Of a stretch of DNA of 64,000 nt, positions 50,841-62,671 are shown piece by piece. This DNA is from Ascidiella aspersa (Eukaryota): contig OZ004614.1 of the NCBI GenBank assembly GCA_963924565.1, positions 9,672,001-9,736,000 on the forward strand, given 5' to 3'. How positions within the stretch are numbered: position 1 is the first letter of the stretch; each line of letters begins with the position of its first letter. The position numbers and the translations under genes are program-made. The notes below the pieces were generated by a model, which did no database searches, was not told where the DNA came from, and worked only from the letters and a program-made list of their open reading frames with translations.

Positions 50841-52214
50841 AAAAAAACTGTACTGTCACATGATACCAGATTTGAGTCGACGCACATCCACTGTACTCTG
50901 GATAAGACAACATTTCCTGACATAAGGCCCGTTTTACATTAAAGCCGAGAAGAGCTAGGTAAAGCGTAATTTGCATTTAATTTACACTGCTTCAACGGTT
51001 TGCTAAACTCAGGCCTTGCTTAGCCTTAAGAAAGTTACGCTTTGTAGCAATTTTCACGCTTTGCTGGCCTTCCATCAAGTGTGAAGTGACTGACTTAATG
51101 CGATATCGGTCTAACATTCGTTGCTACAACAAAATTGGTCACATTTTGGTGATTTGGGCAAATTTTCTGGGACAACTATTTTGCATTTCACTTGGTAGGT
51201 TTCAAATTAAGAAAAACGTAATAAGAGAGAGAGTCATATAAGAAGTAAAATGTATCCTGGTCTCTACGACGAGTATTCTATATGAATCAACATGAGTATG
51301 AGTCGTCTATATGAATATAGAAATGGCAGAAACAACCCTTTGCTTTCATGCCATTTTAATTGTAGTGCCACGGGGTCTTGTTTTGGCTTTTTGTAAGTTT
51401 CATGTTACAATAAACAAGTAAAAGCACTGCATAGGCTTTAATATTCTTACTACAAAAATTTAATAATATCCCTGATAAAGTCACGCAAAAAATCCGTTTT
51501 CGGCATATTGCTATTATTTTATTAAAAACAAGACAGAGAAAACATTTCCATTTTAAACAGATTTTTAAATCGTAGTGATTTGATGAGTTAATTTCTATCG
51601 TTGGGTACCCAACGAGCCACCCGTGCATATCGGACATAGGCAGGTTGAAGTCAGTAAAGTCCCTATAACATTGCGCAAGATTTGCATACAGCGATGGGGT
51701 TTCCGTCAACGTACTTGATTCAAAGATGATAGTGCAAAAACGCTATACATATGCGCTAAGTGCTGTGTTAAAGGCTGTGAAAGGCAAACGAGGCGTGTCG
51801 TGAAAAGACCGACATTTAATGGAACGCCATTCGCCCACAAATTGCCTTCCAAGTGCGTTGATCAACGGTGGACAATCCTGCTGTTGTGATAGCAAATCGT
51901 ATGTTGTGACACCAAAGCCAACAGCAAGACAAATATATACTAAATACGCAGGGCTTAATCACAACATGTTATAGAACAGGGTCGATTATTCAAACCCATC
52001 CCTTCTTGCGGCCACAGAGGAGTCTTCAGAGGGGACAGGACCATGTAATAACAACTATTTGGCACTTAATTAACTTCACAAACCTTAGGTGTGACGTTAT
52101 GTAATTTTGACGTCAGCATAGAAGCACAAATGGTTAATAGCCCATGGAAGGTGCACTGCTCAAAGATAAATAAACAGGCCAAAATAAATCCCGAAAACTT
52201 TGCATTTTTTTAAG

Positions 52215-52357
52215 GAAATCTGGGACGACTCGTCAACACTCTTCCAATTCTTCAAAAGGCCTCCGAGCGAGGAATCTGCTCGAATGGCGCAGGCTGGCGA
52301 CATTTTCGACAGCGCAATCGAACTCGTTCAAGAAATATTGGCAGGAAGTCACCTAAG
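52215..52357 (+). CDS. TPO: TPO-like exon 3
   Basis: tttaag| EIWDDSSTLFQFFKRPPSEESARMAQAGDIFDSAIELVQEILAGSHL-R |gtaaac, phase 0 to 2. Confidence 0.82.
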
Positions 52358-54076
52358 GTAAACGACCGCCTTATAGTGGAGTGGTTCTCTTACTCTCGTT
52401 ACTGATAAAAGGAACTTCACCGGTTACGGTCATGGGGGAATTATATTGACGGTAGACCGTTCCGGTAAAAATATGCTATTTTTTCACGAGGCCATGTCTC
52501 AAGATTGTACGCATGTTTCTTTTAGATGCATATTTGAACGCTAAGCCTTAGGTTTCTAATCTGCGTGCTATGACGTCATGTTTTGATGACGTTCCCAGAT
52601 TTTTTTATGATTTACGGTAAAAAATTATTAAAGTTAGGATAAAAAAGGTATTCTACTTTCACATCTGGTTTCAGTTTACCACTATTAAAAACATCTGAAA
52701 ACGTGAACTGCAGGTAAATAACACAAGGATAACGAAGAAATTGGTTACTTAAAATCAAGAATAAAAATTTAAACAATCGTAAAGCTGTATAAACTTTATA
52801 ATTTTAGCGCTCAAAGATAACATCCTATATACCATTTTATGTATAACTTCTTTCTAAATTGTAAGGGAAATAACTTTAGGAGGATAAAGATATTTGTTAC
52901 AACCAAGATTAAACGTTAAAACCAGGGATGCGGAGTTGGACTTGGGACTCTGGACTCGAGTAGGACCACGTAAAACTACCCGAGTCCTAATTCAGATGTG
53001 GGCATGTGGATTGTTGAGTACCAAATTTTAAAACTGATCAACAATTGTAAATTTAAAGGCAGAATAGAATACGCAACCATGCTCTAGCTAATTGAGTTTC
53101 TAGGCTGTTTTAGCCCATTTTGATGAAATCGTTTTACCTCATCGGCGCCGTGCTTTTTATTGCACCCTTTTAAAATAAAAGTTGGGCAACTTAAGCAAAA
53201 TAAATGCGTTTTGCGCATTGCGCGAATCTATAAAATCGTTCTAGCTTTTGTATTGAGTAGCACCTGTACAATCTAGTTTTGATATGACTTTGTGGCAAAC
53301 GGTATGACGTAACTTTGCGGCGTTGTGCTGTGACGCAACTTTGTGACGTGATCTCTGAAATAAATTGTCATGCCCCGACAAAATCCCTAGATCCGCGCCT
53401 GGCGTTAAGTTGACTCGCTACAAAGGCGATGAATTTTGGATGATGTTTACTTCTCGACTTTACCGCAGTCCGCTTTTGTATTTTTCCTGCCGTATTTCCA
53501 AGTCGTTATTGTCGCCGGCCTGCGGTTAGTTGCAATAAATAAATCAACGCCAGATTTATTCACCCTATCACAGTGTTTTTCGTCTGTAGTCCTGTATAGT
53601 TTGTTGAAAAATCGTTAGGCGTTGATTTTCGTTTTGACACATATTGTAATCCTGATATAATCTGCAAAAATTGGACAACGTTCATTTTGAGCATAATTTT
53701 GCGGACAAAGTGGCTAGTTTATAAGTTGAAAGTGACACACTGAACACATTTTGACATACAACTGTTCGACTTTATCCGATATGAAAAATACCTTCAATGT
53801 CCTTTTCGTTCTTTTCTGGACTTAAATAGTATTTTATCATAATTGTTACACGTTGAAAGCAATATCGCAAGCGTGTATTGCACACTGTACAGCACCGTGT
53901 ATTTAAGGGTTTGTAGTCCAATTCACATAAAACCTTCTCAGAAAAGTGTGCGGTACACTTTTAACATTGATTATATTCCATTTACCTTTTACTGTCGAAA
54001 CTGTTTAATCAACCAACCTTAGTTATCCAATGTGATACAGGTGGGCCATCTAATGCCGGGCAAAATTTCTTTTCAG

Positions 54077-54208
54077 GTTAAAAAGGAGGGTTAACGCTAC
54101 GGATTCGCTTTCCCCCGAAACCCTGATGGCACTGGCCAAGTTTTCCGGCTGTATCGCCAACCGTAACCCGCCCCAGTGCTCCACCAGTTGCTTGGCTTCC
54201 ATGTACAG
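54077..54208 (+). CDS. TPO: TPO-like exon 4
   Basis: tttcag| LKRRVNATDSLSPETLMALAKFSGCIANRNPPQCSTSCLASMY-R |gtaaac. Has the SGC...C-x3-C-x4-YR pattern of TPO. Confidence 0.9.
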
Positions 54209-54892
54209 GTAAACAGGGGAGTGGTTGTGCTGATGTCATAACGTGGTGACGTAACACAAGGGATCCCGATCTATTTTCTGCAACTGAATTTTGTTTTTGC
54301 CACTGAATCTTTAAACCTTAAAAAACAATGGCCTATTGCAAACGACCGTAAAAAAAAAAAAAAAAAAAAAATGATTTGAAAACAAAATATTTAACAAAAA
54401 TATGTTTTTTCGTGACAGACTTAGGCCGTATATAGTTAACCTTCGTTGTTCAATTCTAAGAATTAAGTGAAGCATTAAAACTCTTATTTTACTATTTTAT
54501 AAATCATTTTAATTTTTAGTGGTATTCTAGCTTTCTGGTTGTGTCGAAATTTTTACATTGTTTAGCGGTGAATTTTTAGGCTTTGAGTCGTAACAAGTGT
54601 TCAGCTTTTTTTAGTCGAAATATACAGCGTGAAACGACGGAAATTCTTTGCTACGTTTTTGTCTTACCTAATAAACTGCAGTATTTTCTAAACTGACTTA
54701 TAGTTGTCTAAAATTGGTCCTTGCTTAAATACTTTTTAAAACTAAATTTTAAAGACACAAACTAACTTTTAGTTAACTCGCAAAATGCCTTAAAACTGAG
54801 GTTCCAATAAATTGAGACCACGTTGCGATGCGCGGATTTCGCTGCCCGGGTTAAATTCCCGCCCTGCTCCATTTTGACAATTTTACTTTTAG

Positions 54893-55101
54893 AACGGCAA
54901 ACGCCGAGTGCAGCAACACTGCGAACCCATACTGGGGATCGTCCAACACCCCGCTGGTTAGGTGGCTCCCCGCTCAGTACGAGAACGGCTTCAGCACCCC
55001 TATAGGCTGGGAGAAGGATCGGCTGTACAACGGACACAAGCTGCCCATAGTCCGGAAAGTTTCCAATGATGCTATGCATACCTCCAACGAGGAGGTTACA
55101 G
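54893..55101 (+). CDS. TPO: TPO-like exon 5
   Basis: TANAECSNTANPYWGSSNTPLVRWLPAQYENGFSTPIGW...LPIVRKVSN, with AG/GT boundaries in phase. Confidence 0.93.
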
Positions 55102-55795
55102 GTAAAATCGGATTTAATTGTTTTGCACTGTCTACACAAACTGCAGTGTAATAAGATAACGAAAGCTGACAACTTTTTAGTGTTCTAGACTCCTCGAAAA
55201 CTTGATCAACTTTTAGACTTCTCGAAAACTTGATCAACGCCAATAGTATTATAGGGCAGTTGAGAATTCCCTAGAAAGGCATTTGTTTTTAATTCGGTTT
55301 GTTTGTTCAAAATGGGTGGTTGATATTTAACTTTTTGACTAAGCTGCGGCAAAATGTGCTGTTGCTTATAATTTTAAAACAATCCACTTCGAAAAATCAC
55401 TAATTTATCACTGATTTAGGAATAAATATGCATTAGAACTATTAAAAAAGCTTGGGAGGTAAATTTCATCTATGGCGTTGTAAAGCGCCTAATAAAAACT
55501 AATTTATTTTACCAAACTAATCAAATCTAGATGCAGTTTAATTTCTATAGCGCAAATTAAAAAGTAAAATAGAACAATGGATTAATTATAAATTAATCGA
55601 ACGTCGGAAATACCCAGACAAGAATTGTCTCTCAATGCTGTGGAAAAACCGAATTAAAGCGAAGATGCAATTTTCCATAACTGTATACAGGCGTAATATT
55701 CTAAATTACCTTTGAGTATACATTTTCAAACTCTTAGGTTTAGCGGATTACGGAAACAGGATCTCTTTGATTTTTTTCTTTGTATGTAAACATAG

Positions 55796-55950
55796 AGGAC
55801 CCTCTCTACTCCCATCTGCTGGTGGTATGGGGCCAGTACATCGACCATGACATCGACTTAACGCCGCAAAGTCTCAGCACTTCAACCTTTCAGGGCTTGA
55901 CTGACTGCAAAAAAACGTGCATGAACCAATCACCGTGCTACCCCATGCAG
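55796..55950 (+). CDS. TPO: TPO-like exon 6 (distal His, heme-linked Asp)
   Basis: WGQYIDHDIDLTPQS...DCKKTCMNQSPCYPMQ. WGQYIDHD is the TPO form of the motif. Confidence 0.95.
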
Positions 55951-56792
55951 GTATTTCTACAACTTGGTCGAAAATGTAAACTTGTGTAAACAAAGTAAAT
56001 TGAAAAATAGATCTTCGAACCAAAATAACTACCAGATTAAATCCCTTTTACTCTTCTGGCATGTCAACCAGTTTTATATTGTGTAAGCAATTCAGTTTTA
56101 TTTTGACAAAAACACGTCATATTTCTGACTACGTTTGTGTTTTTATATTTTTTTCACCTTATACGCCATTATTTGATTAATCTATTTTTACTTTTTGACT
56201 AACAAAAATGTTGAACTTGAAAAGACAGCTATACTTGAAATATTTAGCAGAAAATATTTATAAATACTTAGCAGAGGAATCTATTTAGTTAGGAGAAGTT
56301 TTTTTTTAATTATTATAACCCAGAAACCATAAGTTTGACAAAAGAATATCCTTGCTTATAAGGTGAAAGTAAATACGTTTTATTTGAGCTTGAACAATTA
56401 TATTGTTCTGCGTTCTGTCCATGAGTTACAGTCAGGTTTAACCGATTGTAAAATAAATAGGTAAAAAACCATTACCTACCAAAATGATTCATTTTGAATA
56501 AAAGTAAACAATTAGACCTGGACGTGGAATAACTTTATTACCAAAACGCATAAACGTTTTCCGTTACCCATGCTAGCAAACCTGAAGTTATCGGTGAATG
56601 CCTTGCACAAATATGCATCCGAAATTTCGTCGAAATAAGGAGATGGAGGACATAAAAGAACACAATTTTACCGGCAACAATCCTTTCACCAAAACGCTGT
56701 TCAGGACCATTCAGGCTTCCCTTAACCATTGCTTAAACATCAACAGCGAGCGCCACAGATTATTGCCAAAACTATAAACTTGTTGCACATAG

Positions 56793-56948
56793 GTCCCTCC
56801 CGACGACCCCCGAATCAAGGACGCCCGGTGCCTTCCCTTCTTTCGCTCAGCGGCGGTTTGCGCGACCGGTAACACTGCCTCACTCTTCCAAAAGATTCAG
56901 TCTCGTGAGCAGATTAACGCCGTCACCGCCTACATTGACGCCAGCACG
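56793..56948 (+). CDS. TPO: TPO-like exon 7
   Basis: VPPDDPRIKDARCLPFFRSAAVC...REQINAVTAYIDAST (Ca-binding loop). Confidence 0.95.
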
Positions 56949-57046
56949 GTAGGTCGGCGATAATGTTGTGCAATGTGCAGGGGTATTCTCCTTTTAAAAT
57001 TTACTATGTAAATTTATATTTTAATAAATAGCAAATATGTAGCAAG

Positions 57047-57934
57047 CAGTGGCGTATCAAGGGGGTTGGGGGGGGGGGTTGGGAGTTCGGACCCCCCTTT
57101 TTCGTAAGTGACAATATCGGTTTTCGTTCGTTTTTTTCAGCGTTTAAACTCACCGTCCAAAGCTGCGTTTTTTTTAATGTAATTTGGTCACGCGTCTTAA
57201 GATAATGCGAATTGCCAAACCAAGATCGAGCGCAAAACGCCGTTTTTCGTTTCTTGTTTGGTCGACCGTAAACGAGGATTTTTTTCTCCTTCGCCTTTCC
57301 TTATTCGTTCAGGTTGGCTGATTAGCAAGTGTGTGTTCGACAATTAACAACAATAAATCAAGCGGTCTCCGCCTTTTTCTCGCTTATAACGTTGAGTTGG
57401 TCGGTGCTGATGTTTCTCGCTGTTAGCTGTCCGCGTTACTATCAGATGTTGGTGTCAGTAACCTACGGCCCGCTGGCCGGTGTATTTTATCGGGCCCGCT
57501 GCCTCTTAACTATACACGAGTCCTTTTTAAATACTTTTCGACTATTTTAACTATGTAAGAGCGAAAGTTTTAGCGCTTCGCGCGAATGAGTTTTCTACAG
57601 CCGTCTTGTTTATATTTAATGCTGTCTTTTGAACTAGAACAGCGCTTCTTTACCATTGCGCCATGGAGGACTGCCAAGTGCGTCGCGGACAAACGGAAAA
57701 CGTATTAAAAAATATTGGACATATATTTTTATTTTTTTAACTTTAGTTTCGGGAATGTACTAAAACTTAAAATAAATTTAAACTTAAAAATAAATGTCGT
57801 TATACCAAAAAAATCGTCACAATCGCTATTTTATGATGTCATACTCGTCACTATTTTATGACGTCATAACCGTCAGAGGGAAAAACGTTGAAAATTTGGA
57901 AACCCCCCTTTTTAAATTTCTGGATACGCCCCTG
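57047..57934. mobile_element. Non-autonomous hAT element (Tip100-like ends) in TPO intron 7
   Basis: CAGTGGCGTATC / GATACGCCCCTG, G-run and C-run subterminal motifs, perfect TSD gtagcaag. Confidence 0.88.
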
Positions 57935-57986
57935 GTAGCAAGTCTTGAATTTGAAAAGCCAAGAAGATCAAGTTAACTAGTAAAAC

Positions 57987-58110
57987 ATCGACATCATCTA
58001 GACTAAGCCGTTTCGATACGAACTGGTATCATCTTAATTTAATGTGACGGCTTCAGATAATGAGATGATACATGTTCGTGTTGAAACGTCTTAATCAAGA
58101 TGATGTCGAT
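57987..58110. repeat. Fold-back inverted repeat of decayed hammerhead/Penelope-type termini
   Basis: 48-nt arms 57987-58034 and 58063-58110 are 41/48 complementary. Homologous to 22870-23000. Confidence 0.75.
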
Positions 58111-58419
58111 CTACTCGACCTTTGTGACTTTGAAATTCTTTATCAATCTACATTACAGATCAGTACTGCATAGTGCAATCAAGCCAGTCTCAAGTTTTTA
58201 CCAAACGGCAAGTCTTTTTTAAGTGGCCTTGATACAAGTGCGTATCAAAATGTCTTCATTAAGATGTTGCAGATTCACTCTTCCTAATTGGATTTGGTTT
58301 ACATTTTTAAGCAAGTTAAGGCCGTTGTATAATTAGTCCCAGCCAATACAAGTCGCTTTTAAATCTATTTAGTCATCGCCCAAGGTGCATTAGTGAAGCA
58401 ACTTATTTTCTTGTAATAG

Positions 58420-58513
58420 GTTTACGGAAGCACAGAGAAAATGGCACATTTCTTGCGAAATATGTCCCATGATCACGGTTTGATGAGAACCAACGAGCAA
58501 TTTCACGACCACG
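58420..58513 (+). CDS. TPO: TPO-like exon 8
   Basis: VYGSTEKMAHFLRNMSHDHGLMRTNEQFHDH-G, phase 0 to 1. Confidence 0.92.
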
Positions 58514-59328
58514 GTATGGCGGTAATAGGCCGAAAGTATTTTGTTTTTAATATCAGATTTTGTATAATATATATTTTCGGTGTATTCATGACGTCGAAAT
58601 ACGTTTTTCCTCTGTGGGTTAACCATTATTTCTTTCCATATTATTTACGTTTTATGTTTGTTTCGTTGAAATCTTGTAATTATACCGTTTTTGATAAAAT
58701 TTATTTCTCTTACATAATGTTTAAAACGGCTTGATTTAACTCACAAAACGATATTATCATTAAGTGGTTTTACTTTAATTTGAAGGAAAACGCAATGTTA
58801 CCACGACATTTTTGATCTGGGTTCTGCTTTTTTTATTCGCTGACCGGCAGTTTTGTAAAACAACCCAGATTTGTTTCTTGCTCAGCCTTGCAAGCACAAA
58901 ATCGCGTTAGGCAGACATATTTTGGTAAAGGTCTTTCCAACAAACTTTATGAACGTTACTGGAGTAAAAAGTGTACCGTTATCGTTAAGGATAATTGTTT
59001 AATTCCTACATAATTTTTGAAAAGCAAAAATAAATATAGTTGTCCAAATATGCTCATAACACAAACATATACGTCGTTTCGCTCGAACGAAAGTTATAAG
59101 GGATTGTTTTGCTAACGTTTCACCAAATACATGGGGTATTGCGTCGTGCCTATAGTTTTGAAAGAATCGGTTGGCTGGATTATTTATATTGGCGGGCCGG
59201 ATCAGTCCCGCGGACCATATAGGTTGTCCATCCCTGGTTATGCCATCATTTCGTAAACTTTTAAACCAAGAATGACATTCGATTTGTCCTAACGCGTAGC
59301 GTTGTAACTAATATATCTATTCTTGCAG

Positions 59329-59428
59329 GCAGCGAATACCTCCCATTCAATCCCAACAATCCTTGCGTTCAAGATCGCTTCGATGCAACTGGAGTGAACA
59401 TTCCTTGTTTTGAAGCCGGTGATACTAG
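59329..59428 (+). CDS. TPO: TPO-like exon 9
   Basis: GSEYLPFNPNNPCVQDRFDATGVNIPCFEAGDT-R (distal Arg codon split by the intron). Confidence 0.93.
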
Positions 59429-59506
59429 GTGAGATCATTAACATTCGATAATTTGATTATTGTTTCAGTGTTGTAGGTCTATTGGCTGTACTCTAACTCG
59501 TTATAG

Positions 59507-59875
59507 CAGCGGTCTTTGGCCTACGGGTCGCGACCCAATGTGAGTTCAACTAAATATTTCATTGGGTCGCCATCACTCACAAATTCATGTACAGTTCAAG
59601 TGATTTCACTGCGCTCGTGGTTTAAATGCAGGCAATTGGTATATTTAAAATGTTGAAACAAATCAACAAAGAATTGTGTTTCATTGTTAACTTTAAATCC
59701 AACTGTTAATTTAAACTTTTCATGTGGTAGCCACAGTTCTCTGGATTGCGTATAATTGAAGTTAGCCTACTTAATTCAAACATAATTTTTCCGAAAACAA
59801 ACTGTGGTTGCATGTAAATACTGATTTTAGTTTATTGAAATTGGGGTCGGTTAATAAAAAGGTTGGAGACCACTG
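59507..59875. mobile_element. hAT MITE (GGGTCGCGACCC family) in TPO intron 9
   Basis: CAGCGGTCT...GGTTGGAGACCACTG, TSD cgttatag/cgttaaag. Confidence 0.8.
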
Positions 59876-60599
59876 CGTTAAAGGACTTTTGCCATTTGTA
59901 ATAATTTGCATCCACCATGACCAATATTGGCTAATCCATAAATTCCACTACTTTAAGTAATTTGGAAACCCATCAATGTGCCTAATGCGCCACGTTGCCA
60001 CGTACCCTTTTAAATAAGACTTTTACAAATAAAAACAATTGCGCAGTTTTTTTTTTAACTATACAGGCGATAAGACTCAACTTGTATTGTTTGAGTATGA
60101 GTTCGCTCATAAAGAGCAGGTATTTTGGAGATTAATTGTTTATGGTGTCACGTCCTTTCGTAACTTTATAACGTCATCAATGTATGCATTTGCTGCTGCT
60201 GTCAGGCAATTGTAAAATTGATCTTCCGGAAAAAATTGTTGAAGTGCCAACGATTCGATTACCTATTCGGGCACTTTTCTTCTGGCGAAAAAACAACTAT
60301 AGGCGAAAAACATATATGTAGGTCCATACAGTCATTTGAATTTAATGAATGTGCTGTTGCTGCCAGGCATTGTTTCAATTGCAAAATTGTTCTTTAGGCA
60401 AAATTTTATTATATGTCATCAATGTATCACGCCTACATCCTGAACTAAAATCTAGATACATACAACTGAACTATCAAGAGCCAGACACAAGACATAGTAA
60501 CGTTATATAATTAAAATTGGGGACCGCGTAAAACTAACTTGCGGAACCCAGCTAAAGAACCACTGAGTCAATCGAATACAATTTTATTTTTTGCCCCAG

Positions 60600-60764
60600 G
60601 GTAAGCGAGCACCTCACCCTCTCGGCAATCCACACCCTCTGGGTCCGCGAGCACAATCGCATCGCTCGTCGTCTCAAGGAAATTAACCCCCATTGGAAGG
60701 GGGAGATCCTTTACCAGGAGACGCGAAAGATTGTCGGTGCCTACCACCAAGTCGTCAATTACAA
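60600..60764 (+). CDS. TPO: TPO-like exon 10 (heme-linked Glu)
   Basis: VSEHLTLSAIHTLWVREHNRIARRLKEINPHWKGEILYQETRKIVGAYHQVVNY-K. Confidence 0.96.
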
Positions 60765-60784
60765 GTAAGTTTAAACAACAGCTT

Positions 60785-61171
60785 TTATATGATGCTGATG
60801 GGAAGCTAATAGAATAGTGAATGGTGGCACTATATAAAGACAATTTGTATTGAAATCTTGACAAGATTTCGCACATCCGTGCGAAATTAGGTCAAAGTAG
60901 AAACTTTGTCAAGATTTCAATATAATTTGTCCTAATACGATTTAACTGATAACCCTATTTCAAAAATAACGTTGATATGATGCTGGGTAGCTAATAAAAT
61001 ATTGACTTGCCGTATTTTGCTAATTCTGAATATGGTAATCAGGTGGCACTACATAAAGACAAAGTGCATTTAAATCTTGCCAAAATCGTGCTTCATCAGG
61101 TCAAAGCAGAAACCTTGTCAAGATTTCAATACAATTTGAGTTTATATGATTTACCTATGATTACCCTGTTT
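60785..61171. repeat. Tandem duplication (~190-200 bp x2), each unit with an internal inverted repeat
   Basis: Units share GGTGGCACTA..AAAGACAA..AAATCTTG..GGTCAAAG.AGAAAC.TTGTCAAGATTTCAATA. Confidence 0.8.
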
Positions 61172-61561
61172 AGAATGTTTCTGCTTAACTGCATTGTATT
61201 TTTTTGTATTGAGTTTATGTTTGCCCCATGTTAAGAATTTTTTTGAAAAAATGTTTGCAAATAAGGTTTGAACATTTGAAAGAGTGGCCTACAATAGTCA
61301 AGGAAATACGAAGCTGGTTCGACTAGCTAACAGTTTAGCAAAAGACTGTTGAACTTCGAAGCCAGCCAATAGCAAAAATATGTGGCAAAGCGAGGCTTGC
61401 GTAACTTTGGTTGTGAAGTTGAAAAAAAAAGGTTGTGAAGTTGAAAAAAGTACATCAGTTAACACATTACAGGCTGCCTTACAAGAACTTTGATCAGGGC
61501 TATTTTATAATCACACCCAATCGTCGCTAAAGCTAACATTATACACCGATTACACGCGCAG

Positions 61562-61827
61562 GGAATACTTGCCAAAGATCTTGGGTGAGGAGGGAATGCG
61601 TCATATGGGTGATTACGGGGACTACGACCCCAATGTGAACCCTTCAGTGTCCAACGTATTCGCAACGGCAGCGTTTCGTTTTGGCCACGCCACCATCTGG
61701 CCAGAGTTCCGGCGGCTGAACGCCAGCTTCGAAGACCACCCGGAGTTCCCGTCCATCCTCCTTCACCAGGCCTTCTTTGCTCCTTGGAGGATCATCAGAC
61801 AAGGAGGACTCGATCCCATTATGAGAG
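61562..61827 (+). CDS. TPO: TPO-like exon 11 (proximal His)
   Basis: EYLPKILG...YDPNVNPSVSNVFATAAFRFGHATI...FFAPWRIIRQGGLDPIMR-G. Confidence 0.96.
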
Positions 61828-61888
61828 GTGCTTTCGTTGTTTGCGAGTTTGCTGTGCTGTAAAACAAGTTACTTTCATAGACCTATAA

Positions 61889-62424
61889 CAGGGGTGGCCA
61901 ACACGCGGCTCGCGAGCCACATGCGGCTCTTCAACCAGTTCCATGCCGCTCTTACGTTCAGGTTGTTTTTTGAGTTTCAACACTAATTTAAAAACGCGCT
62001 TCGCGCTAAACTAACTATGCAAAACGTCTTTGCAACTTTGAGGACTCCTGGTAGAATATATACTCTGTATTTGTCCTTTTTGAATTTTTATTGCATATTT
62101 AACGTTTTTACCACGCCCCTTCAACAAAATTATAGGATCCATCCCTGCTCAGATCCTTTTCCTTTTTGTACAATCAATTCAACAACTTTTTGGACTTCGA
62201 CTGCGTGATGGCATTTATTTACGTAGTCCTATAGTGGAATAAAAAAACGCTAAATGCAGCTTAGACAATATTGTTAGGAACATTTCAAATCAATCTAGCT
62301 AAGCAGAGGTTTATGTGTAAGTAGAAAGAAGGGATAATTCATACCCACATGTGCAACTTGTGACTCTTTGCGGTTAGCCAAGTAACAAATGTAGGTCTCG
62401 GTATCTTACTGGTTGGCCACCCTG
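61889..62424. mobile_element. hAT MITE in TPO intron 11
   Basis: CAGGGGTGGCCAAC / GTTGGCCACCCTG, TSD acctataa/acctatag, GGCTCGCGAGCC palindrome. Confidence 0.85.
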
Positions 62425-62582
62425 ACCTATAGTCATGCCATATGTAAGCTTACTTGAGAAAGGAGGTCGATTATGAGGGGTAGGCTCTTTTTTCCGAGCC
62501 ATTGCCCGAACCACCGCCTTTTTATGCATCTATTCCAGCTTTAACGTTCACAAAACTATTAAACGGTGATGATTTCGCGAAG

Positions 62583-62671
62583 GTTTAATCGGAAGATCGG
62601 CCAAGCTGATCACACAGACACAAATGATGCATGAGGAACTTCGGGAAAAGTTGTTCGCCATGCAGAATCAG
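62583..62671 (+). CDS. TPO: TPO-like exon 12
   Basis: GLIGRSAKLITQTQMMHEELREKLFAMQNQ. AAG acceptor, phase 1 to 0. Confidence 0.9.
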
